Source of the DNA: Ylistrum balloti
Taxonomy: Eukaryota
Direction: 5' to 3'
Assembly: GCF_031769215.1 (NCBI RefSeq)
Contig: NW_026782099.1
Coordinates: forward strand, 2,294,001-2,358,000
DNA: 64,000 nucleotides
Positions 40,298 to 51,370 of the stretch are shown one piece after another. A program made the translations under genes and the position numbers. Below the pieces are notes generated by a model, which saw only the letters and a program-made list of their open reading frames with translations, was not told the origin of the DNA and made no database searches. Positions within the stretch are counted from its first letter, which is position 1. Each line of letters opens with the position of its first letter.

Positions 40298-40571
40298 CTG
40301 TCCCACCAACGGCCCCTGTGTATCCTGAACATTCAGTCTGGCAGTCCTCTCGAGATTCAAATCGGTTTGAATTTCCATCACATCCACCATACCAAAACTG
40401 ATAACAATCCTTCCGGACAGAGTCATAATACCACTTAGCTCCAAATTCATAACAAGGTCCTCTGTCTTTCTTTAATCCACACCGACTATCCTGTGCTGAA
40501 GTAAGAATCACGCTGGTCATATCAATCAAGAGCACCACAAACAATGTGGGGAAGACACACAACTTTGTCAT
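40298..40571 (-). CDS. First coding exon of a papilin-like secreted protein: signal peptide + Kunitz/BPTI domain 1
   Basis: ATG at 40571 in context gtcgaccATG, with in-frame stops just upstream. Hydrophobic N-terminus MTKLCVFPTLFVVLLIDMTSVILTSA. Six Cys with canonical Kunitz spacing 8-15-7-12-3 and the FWYGGCDGNSNRF motif. Candidate phase-1 donor ACAG|gttggt at 40298/40297; the exact donor is less certain than the domain. Confidence 0.88.
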
Positions 40572-40757
40572 GGTCGACTATTTAAATTATTACTGTAAAA
40601 AGATCTAAATCGGCACAATTTGGGAGAAAAAGAAATATCAGAAGTTTGTTGTCATTATATTTGATTGTCTTATAATCTATTAAGTTATGGAAACTTCTCA
40701 ACTTTATCTCGCCTAACAATACTAATGTTCGTGTGTATAAATCACCCGACAAATCGT

Positions 40758-40815
40758 GTGACTGAATCACCAGGTACACTAATCCATGTATAATCTCTTA
40801 CACACTCATTGGTCA
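40758..40815 (-). promoter_or_regulatory. Candidate core promoter for the papilin-like gene (Inr-like TCAGTC, TATA-like, CCAAT)
   Basis: On the minus strand: TCAGTC at 40765-40760, TATACAT starting about 29 nt upstream (40792) and CCAAT at 40812-40808. Lies about 190 nt before the ATG. Motif match only. Confidence 0.25.
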
Positions 40816-41391
40816 CATAAAATCATGTCAATTTCCCTCATAAATTATTTCAAGGAAAATCTTCAATTTCAAGATTTTTAAATATCCAACAATAGAATTC
40901 CTTGTACACTTATCATGAAAGTTTGTTCAAAATGTGTAATCCTTCACAAACTCTCTCTGATGTTATGCACTCTTCACTTTGCAACACAAACCGCGTGTAT
41001 TCACGCTATACACGTGCACACCCTCGTTCCCTGTGAACGACTGAGGACAGCGGTGTAGGTGTACCGCTGGGCTGCTATCTATACCGGACCTAGAGCTGTA
41101 TAAGCACGGTGCCTCTCTGATAGGGTGTAGGTCTACATATCATAGGTATACATTTAAATTATAAATACATACAGGTTGTGTTATTTACAACAGTGACCAC
41201 ACCATCGTAAAATGTTGATATCTACCTGGAGAACCCATTAAGGATCAGTGATAGATATGGGTTCTCACTAACAATGACTGTAAAGGGACAGTGGACAGAA
41301 AGGCAGAACCCTATTGTGTGTCACTATCATAGGTCTTTATGTCACAGCTGGGAGGCATTACCACTGAAAATGGATTAATCTGTCAAGTCCC

Positions 41392-42090
41392 TTTCACTAA
41401 TCATTGGTAATCTCATTCACTAATCAGTGGTATATCTCATTCACTAATCAGTGGTATATCTCATTCATTAATCAGTGGTATATCTCATTCACTAATCAGT
41501 GGTATATCTCATTCACTAATCAGTGGTATATCTCATTCACTAATCAGTGGTATATCTCATTCACTAATCAGTGGTATATCTCATTCACTAATCAGTGGTA
41601 TATCTCATTCACTAATCAGTGGTATATCTCATTCACTAATCAGTGGTATATCTCATTCACTAATCAGTGGTATATCTCATTCACTAATCAGTGGTATATC
41701 TCATTCATTAATCAGTGGTATATCTCATTCACTAATCAGTGGTATATCTCATTCACTAATCAGTGGTATATCTCATTCATTAATCAGTGGTATATCTCAT
41801 TCACTAATCAGTGGTATATCTCATTCACTAATCAGTGATATATCTCATTCACTAATCAGTGGTATATCTCATTCATTAATCAGTGGTATATCTCATTCAC
41901 TAATCAGTGGTATATCTCATTCACTAATCAGTGATATATCTCATTCACTAATCAGTGGTATATCTCATTCACTAATCAGTGGTATATCTCATTCACTAAT
42001 CAGTGATATATCTCATTCACTAATCAGTGGTATATCTCATTCACTAATCAGTGGTATATCTCATTCACTAATCAGTGGTATATTTCATTT
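41392..42090. repeat. Minisatellite, 24 bp unit TCATTCACTAATCAGTGGTATATC
   Basis: About 29 near-identical copies. Confidence 0.96.
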
Positions 42091-42759
42091 TCATGAATCA
42101 GTTAGTTATTAGTAGTTTACTTCATATAATCATCAGTTGTGTATATGTAATTTTCAATTATGCATACTGAAAAAAAAAACATTCATCAAATAAAACATAA
42201 TTTATTTAGTAATCTTCAAGCAAGAGTGAAATGATTCTGATTTACAAGTAATGAAATGTTATCTACGTTATCAGTTGTGAAATGGTGAATAACTTTATCA
42301 GAATAGCGTAAAGTTATTTTCATTCAATCTAGTGAATTCAAACCCGTTTCATTCACAAATTTTCCTGTGAAGGCACAAACCACCAGAACTTTATTTTTAT
42401 TCTGAACCACATAATATTCGTTTGCTTTTCACTTTATCAAAAACTCATTCAGATATTTCATTCATGATCACTTTCTCACAACCACAGCTGACTGGAGGTC
42501 TCTGTCATCTGGTGCTACACAAAAGGCTGTATATGAAATCTGCACGCGATTTCTGCCCTATGACATTATCAATGAAGTCACCAGATACACTAACAAACAC
42601 ATGCATATCACATGTATACACCTGTGTAATTTATACACTAAATCTGGAAAGGATAAATTCTTTTGTAAAGAGTTTCTTTCTTTTTTTTTTTTCCTTTCTT
42701 CTATTTCACTGAAATATTTACCTGTAACCTGAATCTCTTTAAACAGCTGACTTCACACA

Positions 42760-44040
42760 CACAGACAAAACATGATCAGGCTCACACAAACACAGATGTT
42801 AAACCGAGAGGCTTACACACAAACAGAAGTAACACATAGAGGCTTACACACAAACAGATGTAACACATAGAGGCTTACACACAAACAGATGTAATACTGA
42901 GAGGCTCACACACAACAGAGAGACTCACACCCACAAAAAATACAACACTGAAAAGCTCACACACAAAAACAGATGTAATACAGAGAGGTTCACACAAACA
43001 CAGAAAGAGCAATAGATGTAACACTGTGAATCTCTAACACAGGCAAGTTCACACAAATACAGATGTAACACAGGCAAGTTCACACAAAAACAGATGTAAC
43101 ACAGAAAGGTTCTCACAAAAACAGATGTAACACAGGCAAGTTCACACAAATACAGATGTAACACAGGCAAGTTCACACAAAAACATGTAACACAGACAGG
43201 TTCTCACACAAACAGATGTAACACAGGCAGGTTCACACAAAAACAGATGTAACACAGGCAAGTTCACACAAATACAGATGTAACACAGGCAAATTCACAC
43301 AAAAACAGATGTAACACAGGCAAGTTCACACAAAAACAGATGAAACACAGGCAAGTTCACACAAAAACAGATGTAACACAGAAAGGTTCTCACAAAAACA
43401 GATGTAACACAGGCAAATTCACACAAAAACAGATGTAACACAGGCAGGTTCACACAAAAACAGATGTAACATAGGCAAGTTCACACAAATACAGATGTAA
43501 CACAGGCAAATTCACACAAAAACAGATGTAACACAGGCACACACAAAAACAGATGAAACACAGGTAACACAGTTCACACAAAAACAGATGTAACACAGAC
43601 AGGTTCTCACAAAAACAGATGTAACACAGGCAAATTCACACAAAAACAGATGTAACACAGGCAGGTTCACACAAAAACAGATGTAACATAGGCAAGTTCA
43701 CACAAAAACAGATGTAACACAGGCAAATTCACACAAATACAGATGTAACACAGGCAAGTTCACACAAAAACAGATGTAACACAGACAGGTTCTCACAAAA
43801 ACAGATGTAACACAGGCAGGTTCACACAAAAACAGATGTAACACAGGCAGGTTCACCCAAATACAGATGTAACACAAACAGGTTCACACAAATGCAGATG
43901 TAACACAGACAGGTTCACACAAATACAGATGTAACATAGGCAGGTTCACACAAATACAGATGTAACATAGGCAGGTTCACACAAAATCAGATGTAACATA
44001 GGCAGGTTTACACAGATGTAACACAAAGAGGCTTGGACAC
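42760..44040. repeat. Minisatellite, about 31 bp unit CACACAAAAACAGATGTAACACAGGCAAGTT
   Basis: About 40 copies with degenerate edges. Confidence 0.94.
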
Positions 44041-46906
44041 AAAAGCGGATGTAACAGTGAGAGGCTCACAAACAAAAACAGATACAACTGTACCACAGAG
44101 AAGCTAATACTCACAGAAAATGACAAAATACATTGTGTGAGAAGAGAAGGAAATGAGGAGGAAGTGTGAAAGAAATAGAGTGAGGTAGGGGTAATCAGAA
44201 ACAGAGAATCCAGATGAATTAGAAAAGTGTTATAGAAAGGTGGAGAATGGTAAAACAAAAGAAGGTACATTGGTAGACAGTGAGAATTCATAATAAATGT
44301 AATACTAGCTAATATGCTCTATAAGTTTATTCTTTTTTCAATCACCAAAATCTAAAGCATCACTATTGAGTAGGTTCTTTGGTCTGACCTCTATCAACAG
44401 GGTAATTTTTTATTGAATGTACCCCTAAAATACTAAAAAAGAGTCTGTCCTTCACCTTATGACATTATAGATAAGTGTAGGGCCTAAAGAATTGCCAGGG
44501 ACAGGTAAGTCATTACCTGTAAAATTTCATGACATAATTGCTATAATAAACCTGATCTTGTACAATGCAGTTCAATGTTTGTAATATAAAGGATAGTATC
44601 AGTTATCACGATTTAGTGTGTGGTATAGTTGATGCGATGTTTTACTTTCTGTTTGGTATTTCTCACCAGTTTCTGCGCTTAGTCATTTTATTTCTTTTCT
44701 AATAGTGATTGTCATGATTTCAAATTAATTCCTGAATCTCTAGGCCAGTTTCTGTTCTGATCTTCAGCATTAGTATCATCAGATTACTAACCTTTCCTGA
44801 ACTTTAAGATATGACAACTTGAATGTTAAGACATCTATCTTATCTTGATAATTTTTAAGACAAGTTGAAATATTGATCAGTGGTGATTAGAGTTTTCAGG
44901 TAAATGAAGTACTCTTTAGTGGATCCGAGGGCGCAGGGTCTCTAACAATGTCTACAGTTACTGAAATGGAGTCAATACCAGTTCAAAGTTCATCGGTCAG
45001 TATGGTGCTTGTAAGTCAACCTCAGTGTATTAACTTTCCATATTCTTAACCAACACAGAATTAAGTATATATGTTGATTTGATTTGGTAAATGAACAAAA
45101 TAAGCAATGTCAATTGACCATCATGGCAGACAACTTATTGTGGCGGACATGATGAGATTCCACAATCATTTCTGTTATCCTGTCACAGGGTTTGGTGACA
45201 TAGCTGTCACAAACTGATCAACAATTTCAATCAGCTTCAATCTCTTTTGACAATAAACATGACTTAATATCTTGTTCCTCTCACAATTTGTTGATCAAGG
45301 ATTTCAAATATGTACACACAGTGTTATTTAACCCAGGTGGTACTTATAGTGGACTGGGGTCTGGGCTAGGTAAACAGGGTCTTATGCCAGCCGTTCACTC
45401 TACCATACTTTCAATTCTGTTAAGGGTACTTAACTCAGTCAATTCAGATTATATAAGAGACAAATGTTTACATCTAATCCACCTGGATCATGTATCAGCT
45501 TAACTAGACTGACCTCAGTCAACAGAGGTCATCATGGCACCCAAGGCTTTGGTCACTCTGTCGGGTGGGTCAGTTATATACACAGGTAAAATCTATTTTG
45601 TCCACCTGTTTTATCAGACTAAAATGAATATATTTAAATCCAATATAATCCCTCAACATTATGCATGGTATTAAGTATTGCTGTGACAGGGTTGAACTAC
45701 CCACTGAGAGCTGATATTGGTGATATTTGTGTAAAACTCTGTATACCCGAGATAAATCTTATAGGCTCAAGTGACCAATTAATTTATCATCAAACATCTG
45801 ACCGATGTCTGTTTTCCATGAAAAACATCAACAGCACAATTTTATTATTACTTGCAGGGTTAGTAAATTATGTGTTTTGTAAAGACTGCAACATCTTCAA
45901 AGATTGTAGATAATTCTTCCAGGTGTGGAGGTGTTCTGTAGTCCCAGATCACAGGCAGTATAGTCAAAACAGTTTTACCCCCGGCCAATGCCCTTTCTCT
46001 TAAGTTTTCTTGTCATAGGGATTTCTTATTGCAGAAAACAGTGTTTGTGATACTCTGTAGCAGTATTCTACCTAACATGTACAGATGTTCTTTGTATAAA
46101 ATTGCTCTTTTGTGTCCAAATTATTAGTACAACCTTCATTGGATGTGACATTGAAGATTTACATATGGTGTGATGCTGTAGTCGGATATTCAAGATCTTC
46201 ACAGCGCTTGCCATCTCTATCTTCAGTCCATCTATCAAACATTTTCCATATGGAAATACTAAGATTATTTCCCATGTTCTACTGTGTTCATACCATTCCT
46301 GACAACTGTGAAGTCGATTTTCCTTATTTTCAAGAGTGTGATGAAAATGAGAAGTTCATGTTACCTTGAAAAAAATTTAACTGAGAAAACTACAGTAGGT
46401 TTCATGACTTATTTGATAAATTCATTTTTTTGCATAGTGCTTATGGTAAAGCCTCAAATGATTGTGAGAAAAAATAATCTTTTACAATAAATCTATGAAC
46501 TGAAATTTCAACTATCTTTAGCATTATCTTCCACTCAATAAATCTGGTCAGTTATTCACATAATCAGCTGACATGAATACGTATCCTTCTATAAAAATGA
46601 CAAGCCATTCTATTCTATCTTTAAAAGTTCTAGTCAACCTAGCTGTATGAATTGATACTTGGGGCTCTGGAATCAGCTTATTTGAGATCACAAGGATATG
46701 AAGTGAAATATGTTTGAGTATTCATGGATCTCCTACATCAATCACTCGCATAGGTCATTTCAGCAAATTAATTGTATTAGTGACTTGTACAATGCACAGT
46801 AATTGGGAATGTTTAATGTGGGTTATGAATGTCCTAAATGACCCAGACAGATGTATTAACTAAAAGTCTGACTACTATCAGAGCAATAAATATCTCCCAC
46901 CACATA

Positions 46907-47003
46907 CGGCACAATCACATCACTACTGGCTACCATCCCGGCACAATCACATCACTACTGGCTACCATCCCGGCACAATCACATCACTACTTGCTACCAT
47001 CCC
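46907..47003. repeat. Tandem repeat, 32 bp unit CGGCACAATCACATCACTACTGGCTACCATCC x 3
   Basis: Copies at 46907, 46939 and 46971. Confidence 0.9.
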
Positions 47004-48284
47004 CTTGTTTTCGTACAGAATTGCTCGTCTAAATTATTACAACAGCTTATCTTCCCCTAGTTTGAAACTTAGGGTCAGACATATCTGAGAGACCAAAATT
47101 ATAAAGCCCAATGTTATTTATGATTCTGATATTCAGAGACAGGAGCCAGTCTAGTTCACAGATGGCGGTTTCCTACCGCCTCCAGCCAGTGTCCAATAAT
47201 GGTGGACAATAGAGGGGAACTGGACAAAAGATTCAGTTGTGGTCACTAACTGTCACCACCATTCACTACTCTGCTCCCATTTCATCTGACTAGTACCATG
47301 TTATACCTGTTACGACCTAACAAGAAATACCTGCATGAGTACACATGAAGCAGCGGAATTGTCTCAAATCATCTCTCAATCTTCATACCTCAGAGCAGGT
47401 TCACACCATAAGGCTTGTTCTTGAATAGATTCCTTCCTAACCAATCTATGACTTTGTTTTGTTATTTTTTATATACTTGTGAAAATTATTAGGAATTGTT
47501 ATAACTTATTAACAGTAGAGAAGCTGTGTCAGATATTGATGACTATATATAGTTGAATATTTCGCCTGTCGCTACAATGACTATATGATGAAGTTATATG
47601 TAACTTGATCACAAAACTACCCAGTTATCTGTGTAAAAGCAGCTGTAATATAGATTTTGTTATGACCACATGTGTAATAATGCCCAGTGGATATCTGATT
47701 GGCTGGTGAGTCCAATTATTTCCATTTTGACACAATGGAACTTTGTTGTGTCATATATGCATTATGTTATCATAAGTGAAAGAAATATTCAGAAATAGAG
47801 TTACAAAGTTAGATGTTCCATCATTGTAATATAACTGTTTTTGTAATTGCTTACAAAATATTGAAGAAATACATGATAAACAGAATCTCACATTCCTTTC
47901 CGTATAATATGAGATTTATGAAACTCTTTTTCATTTTATATTCTTACTCAATCTCATATGAAATGGAAGCTCATGGAAGATCGTCCATGACAACCACACA
48001 CCTGATTCTAACAACCTTTTCCTGTTTTATTATGCAACATAATAGACACATAAAGAAACATTTCTTCTGTGTGTAAATACTATAGGGATCCCCATAAAAG
48101 TAAGAGGTGCTGCCCTCCACCAGTATACATAGTCTCTGATAACATCAGGAGTTGGACAAAACGCTGGTAATGTATATGTAATGGTATGGCACTATTAACT
48201 ATCCTTGGTAGGGTCTATAAAGTATTTATTGTCATATATCTTAACACTACATATTACTTACACTGAATCTTGTTGTGAGTAGTA

Positions 48285-49270
48285 ACTAAAGGGATGCATT
48301 CAACGTAACACAAGCAGGAATTAAAGGGATGTATTCTCTTTACTAAATAAATGCATTTGCTGCATTATTAGTTGAAATTAAGGGGATGCATTCTGTGTAT
48401 TGTTAGTGGAAACAAGAGGCCCATGGGCCTGAATAGTTATCTGACTACAAACACTGTCAGCAAGGAGAAGGGGTTTTTTTTATACTCTGAATGAAATCTT
48501 ACTAAGAAGCTGTTTTCCATGATGCAGTTGGTAGTTTTGGTGAGAGGTAGGTAACTGTAAGTGTTATCTATTTTCTGACAGTAAAACTACAGCTCAATCA
48601 AACTTGTGAAACTTGTGGAGAAGATTGAAATAGGTGTTGCACAGGAAAACCATGACTGTGCAATCATGTTACAAAATGGCCTCCCTGACAGCTATATTGA
48701 AGTTTTGAAAATGTCGAAAAATAACAACAAATTGTTGGCTATACCTTTCCCAAATAATCCCACCAATTTGTGAAACTGGATAAGTTTAAAATATGTCTTT
48801 TCAAGATGGTGGCAATGGTGGCCATCTTGGATTTCAAACATACCCCAAAAATAACAATTGGTCAGGACCATCTCAGGATCATTTCATGCAAGTTTAAACT
48901 TAATACCACTGGTGGATTTTGAGATGAAGTTTGAAATGTCAAAAGTTTACACACAGCGCACAGCAGACAGTGCTCCGCGGACCACAACAGATGAAGCACA
49001 ATGTCAATAGGTCATCATGACCCTTCAGGTCAGATGACCTAATTAAAGGGATGCATTTGACGTAACACAAGCAGGAATTAAAGAGATGCATTTCCTGCAT
49101 TATTAGAGAGAATTAAGGGGATACACTCTGTGTATTATAAGTTAAAATTAAAGGGATGCTTTCAATATAACACAAGCAGGAATTGACGAGATGCACTTTT
49201 TTTTTTACTAAAGGGATTCATTCTCTGTATTATAAGTTGGAATTAAGAGAATGCAGTCATGTCACACAAG
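48285..49270. repeat. Old degenerate tandem array (AATTAAAGGGATGCATT / ACACAAGCAGG core) split by the HINE-like insertion
   Basis: AAAGGGATGCATT..ACGTAACACAAGCAGGAATTAAAG occurs on both sides (about 48288 and 49045) and again near 49150. Confidence 0.7.
48411..49041 (+). mobile_element. Non-autonomous Helentron-type element (HINE/DINE-1/pearl-like)
   Basis: The 5' end has AACAAG followed by a perfect palindrome AGGCCCATGGGCCT (48417-48430). Subterminal AGTTATCTGAC (48435-48445) is inverted against GTCAGATGACC (49029-49039), 9/11 match. The 3' end has a stem-loop TAGGTCATC-A-TGACC-cttca-GGTCA-GATGACCTA (49008-49041), preceded by a degenerate ACAG-type repeat. No obvious target-site duplication. 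Orientation is nominal. Confidence 0.65.
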
Positions 49271-50289
49271 CTGGATTAATGGGTTAAATTCTGTGTTTTG
49301 GCAAATAACAGACCATCTTTTGTCGCAGATATGAGAAATACATGGTCACATTCTATGTAAATTAATTTGGTAAATACATTCATTCTATGTAATGTAGACT
49401 AGAACGTATAAAATTTACTTATAGGGAAACTCGACTTTATTATTAATAGTAAATCTCAAATGCTCTATCACCATTATGAAGGTTGTGCCTGAAAACGTCA
49501 GGAGAACTTTCATGTTTTTTTTATATACCTACATACTATAAAAAATATTGATTATATAAAAAAATGGTTTAAAACATTGCATCTAACAAAAACTAAAAAG
49601 TGTAATGATAAAGCTGACAATTGACAATAATTATATAAACAAAGAATAAATGAAAAAAAAAAAAACTAACATAAATTGCACAAACATTCTTTGATAAATA
49701 TTTATCTGAATGAATTTTCAATTGTACATGAAAATGTTTTATAACATCAGCCTAGCTGTGTGCCTAAATTCCATTTCTTTCCATGAGCCTGTACATAATA
49801 AATATTCCCTAGCCATGTGCCTTTACTTTCCCTAGATGAGTATATAATTGTAGTGTTAGTGTCTTACAGTTCATTTTGCTGCATTTCAAAGAGTATGCAG
49901 ACCGCACTGAGGGCTGTCACAACTATGTACAGATAACAAGCACTATGATATAAAGAAAATTTATGTAGTGCTTTTTACAGGCCCAATGACAAATTAAGTC
50001 AATGTGTATTTTTATTCCTAACTTTCAGCATACTAATTACCTCAATGGTATGCAGTCTTTTTGTTAGATACATAAATATGAAATACTGAACTAGAATAGC
50101 ATGTTGTTACAATCCAGCAGGCTGAACATGTTAAAGGGAGATTATTTGTTAAGATTTTATAAAGCTCAAACATATCTTAAATATATATACATTTTCAAAC
50201 TATACAGCAAGCCCTTGAATGACATTACACCCACATTCAATCTCTGATATGATGTCATCAAAAGCGAGCAGCAAGTGCGATATCCTTGG

Positions 50290-51370
50290 TGTTGGCTCTC
50301 TTGCATTGGTGTTGTCTCCTTTGATTTGGTGTTTTCTCCCTTGATTTGGTGTTGCGTCCTTGCTGTTGTGTTGTCTCCCTTTCATCGGTTTTGCCTCTTC
50401 GCTTTGAGTTGTCTCCCATGCTGTGGTGTTGCCTCCCTTGCTGTGGTTTTTCCCTCTCACTGTGGTATTGCCTCCCTTGCTATGGTGTCGCCTCCCTTGC
50501 TGTAGTGTTTTCCTGTTGCTGTGATGTCTCCCTTGCTTTGGTGTTCTCTTCATTGCGGTAGTAATGCCTTCCTTCTGTGATATTGTCTTCCTTTCTGTGA
50601 TGTTACCTCCGGTACTGTGATGTTACCTCCCTTGCTGTGATGTCACCACCCTTGCTGTAGTGTTGTCACTCATGCTGTGTTGTCAACCAAACTGTAGTGT
50701 TGTCACCCTTGCTGTGATGTTACCTCCCTTGCTGTAGTGTTGTCACCCTTGCTGTGATGTTACCTCCTTTCTGTGATGTTACCTCCCTTGCTGTGATGTT
50801 ACCTCCCTTGCTGTAGTGTTGTCACCATTGCTGTGGAGTTGTCATCCTTGCTGTGGTGTTTTCCCTTGCAGTGATATTGTCTTCCTTTCTGTGATGTTAC
50901 CTCCCTTGCTGTAGTGTTGTCACCCTTGCTGTGGAGTTGTCATCCTTGATGTGGTGTTCTCCCTTGCAGTGATATTGTCTTCCTTTCTGTGATGTTACCT
51001 CCCTTGCTGTAGTGTTGTCTCCCTTGCTGTGGAGTTGTCTCCTTTGTTGTGGAGTTGTCTCCTTTGTTGTGGAGTTGTCTCCTTTGTTGTGGTGTTTTCC
51101 CAATTGCAGTGATATTGTCTTCCTTTCTGTGATGTTACCTCCCTTGCTGTGATGTTGCCTCTCTTGCTGTAGTGTTGTCTCCCTTGCTGTGGAGTTGTCA
51201 TCCTTGCTGTGGTGTTCTCCCTTGCAGTGATATTGTCTTCCTTTCTGTGATGTTACCTCCCTTGCTGTGATGTTGCCTCTCTTGCTGTAGTGTTGTCTCC
51301 CTTGCTGTGGAGTTGTCATCCTTGCTGTGGTGTTTTCCCTTGCAGTGATATTGTCTTCCTTTCTGTGGTG
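50290..51370. repeat. Degenerate 10/20 bp-period minisatellite (CCCTTGCTGT + GATGTTACCT/GGTGTTGTCT) with 100-140 bp higher-order duplications
   Basis: The CCCTTGCAGTGATATTGTCTTCCTTTCTGTG block recurs near 50865, 50961, 51105, 51220 and 51340. Confidence 0.88.

Noticed and set aside
47164-47180. GGCGGT-ttcct-ACCGCC hairpin near CTAG as a Helitron 3' end
   Set aside because: The CTAG is not followed by T in that orientation and no matching 5' TC end was identified.
47540-48075. Possible fragment of another dispersed non-autonomous DNA element
   Set aside because: No termini or second copy are visible in the window; it needs a RepeatMasker or BLAST search.
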